From the NCBI GenBank assembly GCA_963814375.1, contig CAWFCQ010000008.1, positions 224,001 through 288,000 on the forward strand: a stretch of DNA of 64,000 nt. Reading direction: 5' to 3'. The DNA is from an uncultured Chloroflexia bacterium (lineage in GTDB: Bacteria > Chloroflexota > Limnocylindria > QHBO01). The notes under the pieces are model-generated. The model was given only the letters and a program-made list of their open reading frames with translations, searched no databases and was not told the DNA's origin. Positions 1 to 9,031 of the stretch are shown one piece after another (positions within the stretch are counted from its first letter, which is position 1; each line of letters opens with the position of its first letter). Position numbers and translations under genes: made by a program.

Positions 1-476
1 GGTGGCGGGGTGGATGGCATCCGCCGATGCCACGGCGCGGATCGCCGCCTCCCGCTCCGCCAGCTGCGAGTTGAGCGAGACGGCCCAGGCGCCGAGCCCG
101 ACGGCGGCAGCGAGCCCGACGGCGGCAACCGCGGCGGGCAGCGGCCCGATCTGCCACCACGCGCGACGAGCTCCGGCTCGGGCTCGGGACCGGCGACCAC
201 GGGCGCGGCGGCCGGTCGATGCTCCTGCGGTGTGGCCGCGACGGTCGCCATCAACCGCCCGCGCAGCGCCGGCGTCGGTGCCACCGGCGCCAGGGTCGTC
301 GGGATCGCCGATGCGGCCTCGAGGAGCGCCCGCAGCTCGGTGTGCGGTCGAACGCACGAAGCCAGGTGCAGGCTGATGGCGCGCTCGTCCTCGGGCGGCA
401 GCGCGCCGACGGCGTAGGCCGCGCCGAGCTCGTCGACCTGGTCGCAGTCCGGCAGGCGAGTCATATCTCCGCCCAT
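1..476 (-). CDS. Anti-sigma factor, RskA-like (N-terminal zinc-binding-like motif plus TM helix); 3' end runs off the window
   Basis: Not in the ORF track. Manual translation: M(GGDM)TRLPDCDQVDELGAAYAVGALPPEDERAISLHLASCVRPH...VAPTPALRGRLMA...TM segment. The ATG overlaps the sigma stop (TGATG); alternative ATG at 464. Confidence 0.8.
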   Translation of the reverse strand, partial: MGGDMTRLPDCDQVDELGAAYAVGALPPEDERAISLHLASCVRPHTELRALLEAASAIPTTLAPVAPTPALRGRLMATVAATPQEHRPAAAPVVAGPEPEPELVARGGRSGRCPPRLPPSGSLPPSGSAPGPSRSTRSWRSGRRRSAPWHRRMPSTPP

Positions 477-1081
477 CAGCGCGTCTCCTCGCTCATCGTC
501 GGCTCGCCGATGGGCAGCGGCGCGGCCGTCGATCCGGTGAGCCCCTCGCGCAGCTTGGCAAGCGCCAGGCGAAGCCGTCCGTTGGCCGTCCCGGGCGCAA
601 CGCCAGTGAGCTCGGCGACCTCGCGGTAGGTGTAGCCCTCGAAGTAGGCGAGCTCGATGGCGCGTCGCTGCTCCTCGGGCAGGCGGTCGATCGCGGCGCG
701 CATCTCCGTCGCCGTGGCGCGTCCGAGGGCCGCTTCCCAGGTCGGATTGGGACCGGTGCGGAGCATGGATCGCTCGTCGGCGTCATCGACGTCCACCGTG
801 ATGCGTCGTGCTCGGATGCGATCGATCGCCCGGTTGCGCACGACCGTCATGACCCATGCTCGCAGCGCGCCGCGCTCCGCGTCGAAGCGGTCGATCTTGC
901 GCCACACGGCCACGAACGCATCGTGCACGACATCCTCCGCTTCTTGCCGATCACCCACGACCCGCAGCGCGACCGCCAGCGCCGTGGCGGCGTGCATGTC
1001 GTACAGCTCACCCAGCGCCTCGGTCTGACCGGACCGGATCCGATCGGCCAGGCGAGCATCCGCGCGATCGGCGTCGATCAC
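476..1081 (-). CDS. ECF RNA polymerase sigma-70 factor (SigK-like)
   Basis: AEDVVHDAFVAVW, VVRNRAIDRIR, LPEEQRRAIELAYFEGYTYREVAE (regions 2 and 4); coupled to the anti-sigma gene. Confidence 0.93.
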   Translation of the reverse strand: MIDADRADARLADRIRSGQTEALGELYDMHAATALAVALRVVGDRQEAEDVVHDAFVAVWRKIDRFDAERGALRAWVMTVVRNRAIDRIRARRITVDVDDADERSMLRTGPNPTWEAALGRATATEMRAAIDRLPEEQRRAIELAYFEGYTYREVAELTGVAPGTANGRLRLALAKLREGLTGSTAAPLPIGEPTMSEETR

Positions 1082-1134
1082 GCCACGTTCACCAGCAGAA
1101 CGGCCCGAGCGGCCCGCCGCATCATCGGCGTCGC

Positions 1135-2017
1135 TCAGTCGCCGACCACGGCGAGCGCTTCCTCCGGCACGCCGAGCTCGGCGGCAAGCGCGGCCTTCAG
1201 CTCATCGGCTCCGGGTGAGGCGCCGGTCAGCAGGCTCACCGTGGCCGCCGTCGACGCCAGGAAGGCGCCCTGCCCGTTGGCAACCGTCCCGCCCTTCTCG
1301 CGTCGCCGCCTCCATGAGCGGCGTGGACGCTCGGGTCAGCACCAGGTCGAGCACGAAGCGCTCCTCAGGCAGAAGGTCGGCCGGGATCGGCGACTCGCCC
1401 TCGTCTGCGCCGATGCCGCTGGCGTTCACGAGGAGCTCGGCGCGCGCGAGCTCGGCCTCGATGATGGCGTCGTGCCATGGCCGCGCGCGCAGCTCCATGT
1501 GGCGGGCGGTCCGCGCAAAGTGGGCGACGAGCGCCTCAGCCCGATGCAGGTGCCGGTTCAGCACCGCCACCCGCTGGAATCCGGAGCCGATGAGCACCGC
1601 CACGACGGCTCGGGCCCCGCCGCCCGCGCCCAGCACGACCGCGTTGCGCGGCCATTTGCCCTTGACCCGTGGCAGGAGCGCCGCCAGCCCGGTGCGGATG
1701 CCGTCGGCATCGGTGTTGTGGCCTCGCAGCTTCCCCTCGGCGGTGACCATCACGTTCACCGCGCCACTGATGCGCGCGTCGTCGCTGAGCCCGTCGGAGA
1801 GTGGGGGAGCCTTCTCCTTGTGGGGCGACGCGATCAGCGCCCCGGCGAAGTCGGCGCCTCGGGCCTCGATCAGCGCATCGGCAAGCTGGTGGGGCCGGCG
1901 CTCCCAGCGCTCGATCGCGACCTCGCTGCCGGCCTGCTCCAGCGCGGCGCGCAGCACGCCCTCGAGGGCGGTCCGGGCGAGCGGATGACCGATGATCGGG
2001 AGTCGCGAGGCAGGCAT
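1135..2017 (-). CDS. aroE: Shikimate dehydrogenase-family protein, divergent; apparent +1 frameshift at about 1303
   Basis: IGHP, PHKE, GAVN, GHNTD, VLGAGGGARA, LNR motifs. Removing one base at about 1303 restores the C-terminus EAAREKGGTVANGQGAF..., ending at TGA 1135-1137. Confidence 0.8.
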
Positions 2018-2089
2018 TCTGGGCACACTTCGGTCGTTCTGGAGGGTATGGTCGGCCAAGGTCGGCGAGGCGTCCGAGGCGAGGCTCCA

Positions 2090-2098
2090 TGCTATCAT
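2090..2098 (+). promoter_or_regulatory. Extended -10 promoter (TGcTATCAT) for tRNA-Ser/tRNA-Arg
   Basis: TGn plus TANNNT hexamer 11 nt before the tRNA 5' end. Confidence 0.5.
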
Positions 2099-2109
2099 CG
2101 GCCGCGATC

Positions 2110-2202
2110 GGAGAGGTCGCATAGTGGCCTAGTGCGGCGGTTTGCTAAACCGTTGAAGGGGGTAAACCTCTTCCGAGGGTTCGAATCCCTCCCTCTCCGC
2201 CA
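2110..2202 (+). tRNA. tRNA-Ser(GCT)
   Basis: GGAGAGG/CCTCTCC acceptor, anticodon arm GCGGT-TTGCTAA-ACCGT, long variable arm, TTCGAAT T-loop, encoded CCA. Confidence 0.96.
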
Positions 2203-2227
2203 GCGCCGCAGATCAGCGGTCTCGCGG

Positions 2228-2303
2228 GTGCCCGTAGCTCAGTGGATAGAGCGTCAGGTTGCGGACCTGAAGGTCGGAGGTTCGAGTCCTCTCGGGCACG
2301 CCA
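2228..2303 (+). tRNA. tRNA-Arg(GCG)
   Basis: GTGCCCG/CGGGCAC acceptor, D-loop AGTGGATA with the A20 Arg identity element, anticodon arm TCAGG-TTGCGGA-CCTGA (GCG at 2261-2263), CCA. Confidence 0.95.
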
Positions 2304-2325
2304 TCGCATCGTGACCAACGGATCG

Positions 2326-3156
2326 CTAACCGGGCGTCCCGTCGCGCTCCCTTTTCTTAGCGAAATGCTCTGCTTGCCATTCATACACGCCGGGCAGCCA
2401 TTCCCTGCCGAACGCGGCCGATGGGCCGATGCGCGGGTCATCGGGAGCGCGGCCGTCACGCAGGGCATGCACGTACGCGCGATCCAGGTCGATCCGTGCG
2501 CGCACCTGATCAGCTCCGCCGACTGACCCGTGACCTGGGATGACAATCTCAACGTCGTCCGCCACATCCTCGAGCAGCCGCAGTCCAACGAGGTAGTCCT
2601 CGATCGGATTCGCGGCGTCCAGGTCGGGGAACGGAATCAGGATGTCGGACAGCATGTCGCCGGCGACGAGAACGCCGCGCTCCTCGATCAATAGCGCCGC
2701 GTGGCCCTGGGCATGTGCCGGATGTTCGATGATCCGGACGTGAGGCCCATCCCAGGGAACCTGCGCTGTCTCGGCAGGCAGACCGGTGATGAGGCCGAAC
2801 AGGTCCATCGGTATCTCATCGGCGATTTCCGGCGGTAACCCCTCGGCGACGCGGGCCTTCCAGTCCGCGTCCGACAGCAGATCTCCCATGAAAGCCGCGC
2901 AGCGGGCTGTGCCGTATCGGGGCGCTTCGCCGAGTTCGGCGTGCCAGAGCACGTGGTCCCAATCAGGATGCGTTGAGAAACCCGCCACGACGGGCTGGCC
3001 CAAGTCGGACAGGTCGTTCGCGAGGCAGGCCATTTCGTCGCCCGTAATCCCCGGGTCGATGAGCAGCACGCCGGCCCGGCCTTGCACGACAACGGCGTTG
3101 TTCTGGAGTAACTCGCTCTGGTGGGTCAGCACACCTTCCGCGACCTGCGTCAGCAC
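2326..3156 (-). CDS. MBL-fold metallo-hydrolase
   Basis: LLIDPG, STHPDWDH, HAQGH, VAGDML, IPGHG motifs; GTG start at 3156 after a GGAG SD. Confidence 0.9.
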   Translation of the reverse strand: MLTQVAEGVLTHQSELLQNNAVVVQGRAGVLLIDPGITGDEMACLANDLSDLGQPVVAGFSTHPDWDHVLWHAELGEAPRYGTARCAAFMGDLLSDADWKARVAEGLPPEIADEIPMDLFGLITGLPAETAQVPWDGPHVRIIEHPAHAQGHAALLIEERGVLVAGDMLSDILIPFPDLDAANPIEDYLVGLRLLEDVADDVEIVIPGHGSVGGADQVRARIDLDRAYVHALRDGRAPDDPRIGPSAAFGREWLPGVYEWQAEHFAKKRERDGTPG

Positions 3157-3253
3157 GGGGCTCCTTCCGCTTGTGATTTGCAACTACTTGTCTAGCAGTA
3201 TCTCAATCGGGGCTCCAAACCCGGCACGACAAGCCACCTAACTCCCCAACTTT

Positions 3254-4730
3254 CTAGATCCAGCACCAACCTCGCGGCGGCGCGCCGCTGCTGGTCGTGT
3301 CGTCCGGCAGCGTCTGCTCGCCGCAATCGGTGAAGAGGATCCGCGCACGCCAGCCGTCGGGGTCCAAGCGGAAGCGCCACCAGGAAGGGCAGGTAGACCA
3401 CGAAGCTGCCGACCACGAGGAGCGCGTAAACCGCCACCGCAACCCGTCCGGCAAGCCGCTCCCACGCCCATGCCGCGAATGTGCCGAGCGCCAGGCACAG
3501 GAAAGGGATCGTCGGCAGCAGGTACCAGATGAACGTCTGGCTGCGCCCGCCCGAGAGAACGAGCCACGGCAGGTAGGTGGAGGCTGCCGCGGCCAGGATC
3601 ACCGGCTCGGGACGGGCCCACGCCCATCCTGACCGCCACCACGTGACGGCCAAACCCACGAGCGCCACCAGCCCGGGCCACCACACGAGCGGGTTTCCCA
3701 TGGCCAGGATCTCGCGATATGCGCCGTCCTCGTCGCTGAACCAGTACGCGACCGGGCGTTTCAGGAACGGCCACGACCACGGCGGCGACTGGTACGGGTG
3801 GTCGCCCGCGAGCTCGGTGTGGAAGTCGAGCATCGCGCGCTGGTGCTGCCAGATCCCGTTCCAGACCGATGCCGGATCCCACGGGGCGGCGATCAGTTCG
3901 CCCGGCATCCGTCCGGTATAGCTGGCGACGTACACCACCAGCGGCACGAGCCCCAGCAGCACGATCGACGGCAGCGCCTCCCGCCGGGAGGCGCCGGCCA
4001 CCCAGCGGCCCCAACCACCTTCGGGATCGATCTTCCGCTGCGCCGATATCTCCCACGCCACCACCAGGCCGATGACCGCCGGCGCCACGTACGCTCCCGA
4101 CCACTTCGTCGCCACCGCCGCTCCCAGGAACACGCCGGCGACAAGCCGCCAGGGACGTCCGAGGGCGAGGCGCGACCACCACGGCTGATCGTCGGAACGA
4201 TCCCGGTCGCGGTCGAGCACGATCGCCAGGACCGCCCCGACCACGAAGAGCGCGATGAACGCATCGAGCATCCCGACCCGAGAGTGAACGAGATGGAGGA
4301 AGTCGACCGCCAGGAGGATGGCCGCCGCGGCGGCGCCGACCGTGACCGCGATGCCCGACGCGAAGCTCCGAAGCAGGCGCCAGCCGAGGAGGTAGACGAG
4401 CGGCACGGTGATCGTGCCGGCCAACGATGCGGCGATCCGCCAGCCGAACGGCTCGTAGCCGAAGGCCGCGATGCCGGCGCCGATCAGCCACTTTCCGAGA
4501 GGCGGATGCGAGCGGCTGGCGAGATCGGTGATGCCGCACACGGCTTCGTTGCCGAAGACGTACCAGCACGCGTCGCGGGCATAGAAGATCTCGTCGAAGA
4601 CGAGCTCGACCGGGCGCCCCAGGCTGGCGAGGCGAAGCGCGCCAGCGGCAAGCGTGATGAGAACGAGAACGGCCGTATCAAGCCGGGACCAGCCGCGGCG
4701 GTCGCTCGAGGGCGGCGCGTCGTTGACGAT
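3254..4730 (-). CDS. Protein O-mannosyltransferase (PMT/GT39-like, lipid-carrier-dependent glycosyltransferase); probable ATC start; apparent +1 frameshift at about 3365
   Basis: In-frame VFDEIFY upstream of the track's start, HPPLGKWLI, SRVGMLD, ATKWSG, HPYQSPPWSWP, GNPLVWW. The alternative frame supplies the C-terminus ...PPRGWCWI*. Confidence 0.85.
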
Positions 4731-4826
4731 GATGCGACTCCCTCTCTGCCCGTGTCAGCGGCGAGCATGCGAACGGCGCCTGCCGCGGCAATGCTACCCA
4801 CTGGCGCATCCCGCGACGAGCGGGCG

Positions 4827-5267
4827 TCAGTGACGCGATGGCTGCCCGAGGGTGAGGTCGATCGCGCGCGCCACCAACTCCCAGCACGAGAGGGAGTCGC
4901 GTTTCGCCGGCTCGGCGCGCCACACCAGGTTGCGGTAGTGATCGGAGACCGTGGAGAGCCGCTCGCGGGCGAAGCCATTCGTCGGGCGCAGCCACGCGTC
5001 GTCGGCCGGGAGGCCGTGGCCCGGGACGAACTGGAACGAGATGTTATAGCCGGCGCAGCTGGTCACGACCGTGTAGGCGCTCTCCCACGACGGGGCGAGG
5101 CGATGGATCGTCCAGCCCGGGAGCCGCGCGCGTACCTCGGCACGCACCGCCGCGCGACCGACGTCCGGCGTCGACGGAATCGGGATGAGCAGCGCGATGG
5201 CGAATGCGGCGACGAGGGCCGCCATCACTATGCCCGAGCGGCGCACCCTGGCCGAGATGGTTTGCAT
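4827..5267 (-). CDS. Hypothetical membrane-anchored or exported protein
   Basis: 146-aa ORF with GGGAGG SD, basic N-terminus and hydrophobic segment; fills the gap between pmt and tadA. Confidence 0.65.
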   Translation of the reverse strand: MQTISARVRRSGIVMAALVAAFAIALLIPIPSTPDVGRAAVRAEVRARLPGWTIHRLAPSWESAYTVVTSCAGYNISFQFVPGHGLPADDAWLRPTNGFARERLSTVSDHYRNLVWRAEPAKRDSLSCWELVARAIDLTLGQPSRH

Positions 5268-5358
5268 GGAGCCTCCCGTGTGTGCAGGAAGCGTACCGGG
5301 CCTCTGCTAGACTCGCCCGACTGCCGCCACCGAATCCGTGGGGCCAAGAGGCGGACCG

Positions 5359-5799
5359 ATGAACTACGAACTCTTCATGGCTGAGGCGATTGCCGAAGCC
5401 AGGCGGGGGGCCGGAGAGGGCGAGGAGCCGATTGGCTCGGTCGCAGTCATCGACGATGCCATGATCGCGCGCGACCACGACCGGTCGGCCCTCAGCGAGG
5501 ATCCCACCGCCCATGCCGTGCTGCTGACCCTCCAGGCGGCCGCCCGCAAGCTCGGTCCCCGGCGGCTCTCGGAGGCAACGATCTTCGCCACGCACGAGCC
5601 GTGCGCGATGTGCGTGGGGGCGCTCGTCGAAGCGCAGGTGCGCGCGCTCGTGTTCGCCATCCCGGATCTGGAGCGCGGCGCGGCCGGAAGCGTCGTGCAG
5701 CTGGCCCGCCATCCCGCTCTCGCCCATCAGCTGTCCGTCGTGTCCGGCGTCCGCGAGTCGGAGGCGCGCCGGTTGGCCACCGAGTCCGCATCGGTCTAG
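5359..5799 (+). CDS. tadA: TadA-family tRNA adenosine deaminase homolog lacking the catalytic Glu (HAV)
   Basis: FMAEAIAEA, EEPIGSV, DPTAHAV, THEPCAMCVGAL, GAAGSV; position upstream of ffs-dnaX-ybaB-recR matches Bacillus tadA. Confidence 0.88.
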   Translation: MNYELFMAEAIAEARRGAGEGEEPIGSVAVIDDAMIARDHDRSALSEDPTAHAVLLTLQAAARKLGPRRLSEATIFATHEPCAMCVGALVEAQVRALVFAIPDLERGAAGSVVQLARHPALAHQLSVVSGVRESEARRLATESASV

Positions 5800-5814
5800 A
5801 CTCCCATCGGCCGC

Positions 5815-5904
<90 letters not shown>

Positions 5905-5931
5905 CGTCATCGGCCAATGCGCGGTTCGGCT

Positions 5932-6019
5932 GGAGAGGTCGCCTAGAGGCCTAGGGCGCGGCACTGGAAATGCCGTTCGGGGCAACCCGTCGTGGGTTCG
6001 AATCCCACCCTCTCCGCCA
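5932..6019 (+). tRNA. tRNA-Ser(GGA)
   Basis: Anticodon arm CGGCA-CTGGAAA-TGCCG, long variable arm, CCA. Confidence 0.96.
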
Positions 6020-6035
6020 GCTTCGATCACCGAGA

Positions 6036-6064
6036 TTGACCGATGCTCCCTACCGCCCTACCAT
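6036..6064 (+). promoter_or_regulatory. Sigma70-type promoter for SRP RNA
   Basis: TTGACC-17 nt-TACCAT, 7 nt before the SRP 5' end. Confidence 0.6.
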
Positions 6065-6071
6065 CGCGGCC

Positions 6072-6340
6072 GGTCGTGCTAGGCGGGGAACTAGCGGTGC
6101 CCTGTATCCGCAATCCGCTACAGCGGAGCTGAATTCCCGGTCGAGGCCCGCACCGTTCGCCCACCGTCACCGTGCCCGACGTCGAGAGTCGGGTCCCGCG
6201 CAGCGTTGGTCCGCGAACCCCGTCAGATCCGGAAGGAAGCAGCGGTAAGCGATCGCCATCGGGTGCCGCGGGAGAACCTGGCTGGAGCCGGGCGCGTTGG
6301 CGAGTGCGAGCTGGTGCGGTTCGACACCGGGTGCACGACC
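6072..6340 (+). ncRNA. ffs: Large (Alu-domain) bacterial SRP RNA
   Basis: 5' CGTGCTAGGCGGGGAACTAGCGGTGCCCTGTA resembles B. subtilis scRNA; helix 8 TCAGATCCGGAAGGAAGCAGC; termini GGTCGTGC/GCACGACC pair. Confidence 0.93.
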
Positions 6341-6405
6341 TACTCCAATCCCCATCCGCCGCCGGCGGATGGTGGCGTGCGAATCGGTGTACGGTAGCCC
6401 TCCTC

Positions 6406-8041
6406 ATGCCCGCAGCCCAGCCCGTTCCCGTTGTCGAGCCCACGGCGCCGGCCGCACCGCATCGCGCACTGTACCGGCGCTTCCGCGCGCAGCGATTCGC
6501 CGAGCTGGTCGGCCAGGACCCGATCGTCGCCACGCTCCAGCGGGCTGTCAGCGGCGACCGGCTGGCGCACGCCTACCTGTTCGTCGGCCCTCGGGGGACG
6601 GGCAAGACGTCGACGGCTCGAATCCTCGCCAAGGCGATCAACTGCACCAACCTCGGCGCCGACGGCGACCCGTGTGACGCCTGCCCAGCATGCGTCTCGA
6701 TCCGGGACGGACGCGCGCTCGACGTTATCGAGATCGACGCCGCCAGCCATGGCGCGGTCGAGGACGCCCGCGAGCTCGTGATGCGGGCGCTGACCTCGCC
6801 AGCCGAGCTCCGCCGCAGGGTCTACATCATCGACGAGGTTCACATGCTCAGCGCGCACGCTTTCAACGCGTTGCTGAAGCTGATCGAGGAGCCGCCCGAC
6901 CACGTCGTCTTCATCCTGGCCACGACCGATACCCACAAGGTGCCGGCCACGATCATCAGCCGCACCCAGCGCCACGACTTTCGCCGGCTGGCCGATGCGA
7001 CCATCGTCGCCAAGCTGAGCCGCATCGTCGCCGCGGAGGGAGCCGAGGCCGATGACGACGCCCTGGCCCTCGTCGCGCGACTGGCCGACGGCGGCATGCG
7101 AGACGCCGAGTCGATCCTCGACCAGGTGCTCGCCTTCGCCGACGGGCGTCTCACCGCCAACGACGTGCGCGAGGCCGCCGGGCTCGCCGATGACGCCGAC
7201 ATCTCGGCGCTGGTCGACGCCTATCGTCGAGGGCGACGCGCCCGCAGCGCTCGACCGGGTCGCCGGACTGGCGGACGCCGGTCGCGACATGGCCCAGGTA
7301 GCCGCGCAGGCGGAGGGGGAGGCTCGACGACGCCTGCTCGCATCGGCTGGCGATCCGCCGGCGGCGCGACGCCTCGCGACCGTGCTGCGCGCCGTGGCCG
7401 AAGCCGCGGGGGAGGGCGCCCGCGAAGGACGCGCACGCCTGCTGCTCGAGCTGCTGGCCGTCGAGCCGGCCGGTGGCCTGACCGCATCCCCAGCGCCGTC
7501 ACGTCCCGCGGCCGCACCCGCCACCGCAACGGCGGCCGCGCCGGTGGCGGCCAAGCCAGCCGCGCCGGACGTGCCTGCACACCCGGCTGAACCGGAACGC
7601 GCTCCGGCGGAGGAGCCTCTGCCAGAGCCGATCGCATCGGCCATCGACGCGGCGGTGGCAGTCGGCGCCGGTGATATCGAATCGCTGCGGGCGCACTGGG
7701 CCGAGGTGGTCGATCGCGCCAGCCCGGTCATCAAGCCGCTGCTCAAGGAGTGCCGCCCGGTCGCCCGGGACGGCGTTCGGCTGACCCTCGCCTTCCCCGA
7801 AGGTCGCGAGTTCATGCGCTCACGAATCGCACAGCGATCCGGCGCGATCGAGGCGCTGCTGACCGACATGTTCGGCGGCACCTTCGCGATAGAGTGCGTC
7901 GCCACCAACCTCGAGCTCGAGCCTCTGACGGTCGAGCAGGCGGTGGGCACATCACCAGACGACCCGGAGGCACGCGCCCTTCTCGAGGGCGTGCTCAAGA
8001 TCACCGGCGGCGAGCTCGTCGACGCTCCCGAGGTGCGCTGA
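6406..8041 (+). CDS. dnaX: DNA polymerase III subunit gamma/tau; apparent +1 frameshift at about 7222
   Basis: ALYRRFR, GPRGTGKT, zinc Cys cluster, IIDEVHML, SRTQ. Removing the T at 7222 joins ...LVDA to IVEGDAPAALD... and the tau C-terminal domain. Confidence 0.92.
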
Positions 8042-8076
8042 CGTCGCGCCCGCCACCCAAACCCAGAGGAGACTCC

Positions 8077-8403
8077 GTGAACATCGGTCAGATCACCAAG
8101 ATGGCGCAGCAGATGCAGACGCAGATGGTGCAGGCCCAGGAGGAGCTCAAGCAGACGACGCTCGAGGCCAGTGCCGGCGGAGGCGCCGTCCGTGTGGTCA
8201 TCACCGGTGCCCAGGAGGTCCGCAGCGTCGAGATCGATCCTTCGGCGGTGGACCCGTCCGAGGTCGAGATGCTCCAGGACCTGGTGATGACCGCCATCAA
8301 CGAGGCGATCGCGCGCAGCAAGGAGCTGGAGCGCGAGCGGATGGCCGGGATCGCCGGAGGGATGGGCCTGCCCGGCATGCCCGGCCTGCCGGGGCTCGGC
8401 TAG
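8077..8403 (+). CDS. ybaB: YbaB/EbfC nucleoid-associated protein
   Basis: AQQMQ...ASAGGGAVRV...EMLQDLVMTAINEA; GTG start after GAGGAG; between dnaX and recR. Confidence 0.93.
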   Translation: MNIGQITKMAQQMQTQMVQAQEELKQTTLEASAGGGAVRVVITGAQEVRSVEIDPSAVDPSEVEMLQDLVMTAINEAIARSKELERERMAGIAGGMGLPGMPGLPGLG

Positions 8404-8408
8404 GCGAC

Positions 8409-9020
8409 GTGGCCGGGCTCATCGCGCCGGTCGCGCGCCTCATCGACGAGTTCAGCAAGCTGCCCGGAGTCGGCACGAAGACGGCCCAGCGCCTCACGTA
8501 CCACGTCCTCCGTTCGTCGACCGATGACGCCCGCGCGCTCGCGGCCGCGCTCGTCGCGATCAAGGAGGACGTCGCCTACTGCAGCGTGTGCTGCAACATC
8601 ACCGAGGCCGGTGTCGATCCCTGCGATCTATGCGCCGATCCGCGCCGGGATGCCCGTCGCATCTGCGTCGTCGAGGAGCCCCTCGACGTGCTCGCCATCG
8701 AGCGAACGAATGAGTTCCGTGGCCGCTACCACGTGCTCCATGGGGCGATCAGCCCGATCGATGGGATCGGGCCGGAGCGCCTCCGCACCCGCGAGCTGAT
8801 CGGCCGCGTGGCCGAGGGCGGGGTGGACGAGGTCATCCTCGCGACCAACCCGAATCTCGAGGGAGAGGCGACCGCGATGTATCTCGCCGATCTCCTCGCG
8901 GCGCACGTACCGTCGGTGACCCGCATCGCGCGCGGGCTTCCGGTCGGCGGCGACCTCGAGTACGCCGACGATGTGACCCTCATCCGCTCGCTCCAGGGCC
9001 GCCGCGCCGTCGAGCGCTGA
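8409..9020 (+). CDS. recR: Recombination mediator RecR
   Basis: LPGVGTKTAQR, C4 zinc finger, ICVVE, YHVLHG, EGEATA, LEYAD. Confidence 0.97.
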   Translation: MAGLIAPVARLIDEFSKLPGVGTKTAQRLTYHVLRSSTDDARALAAALVAIKEDVAYCSVCCNITEAGVDPCDLCADPRRDARRICVVEEPLDVLAIERTNEFRGRYHVLHGAISPIDGIGPERLRTRELIGRVAEGGVDEVILATNPNLEGEATAMYLADLLAAHVPSVTRIARGLPVGGDLEYADDVTLIRSLQGRRAVER

Positions 9021-9031
9021 CGCCTGAACGG

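Noticed and set aside
7200-7240. Programmed frameshift in dnaX producing gamma and tau
   Set aside because: There is no A-AAA-AAG or poly-A slippery site, and the break falls inside domain III (about residue 270), too early for a functional gamma. It matches the other single-base insertion artefacts.
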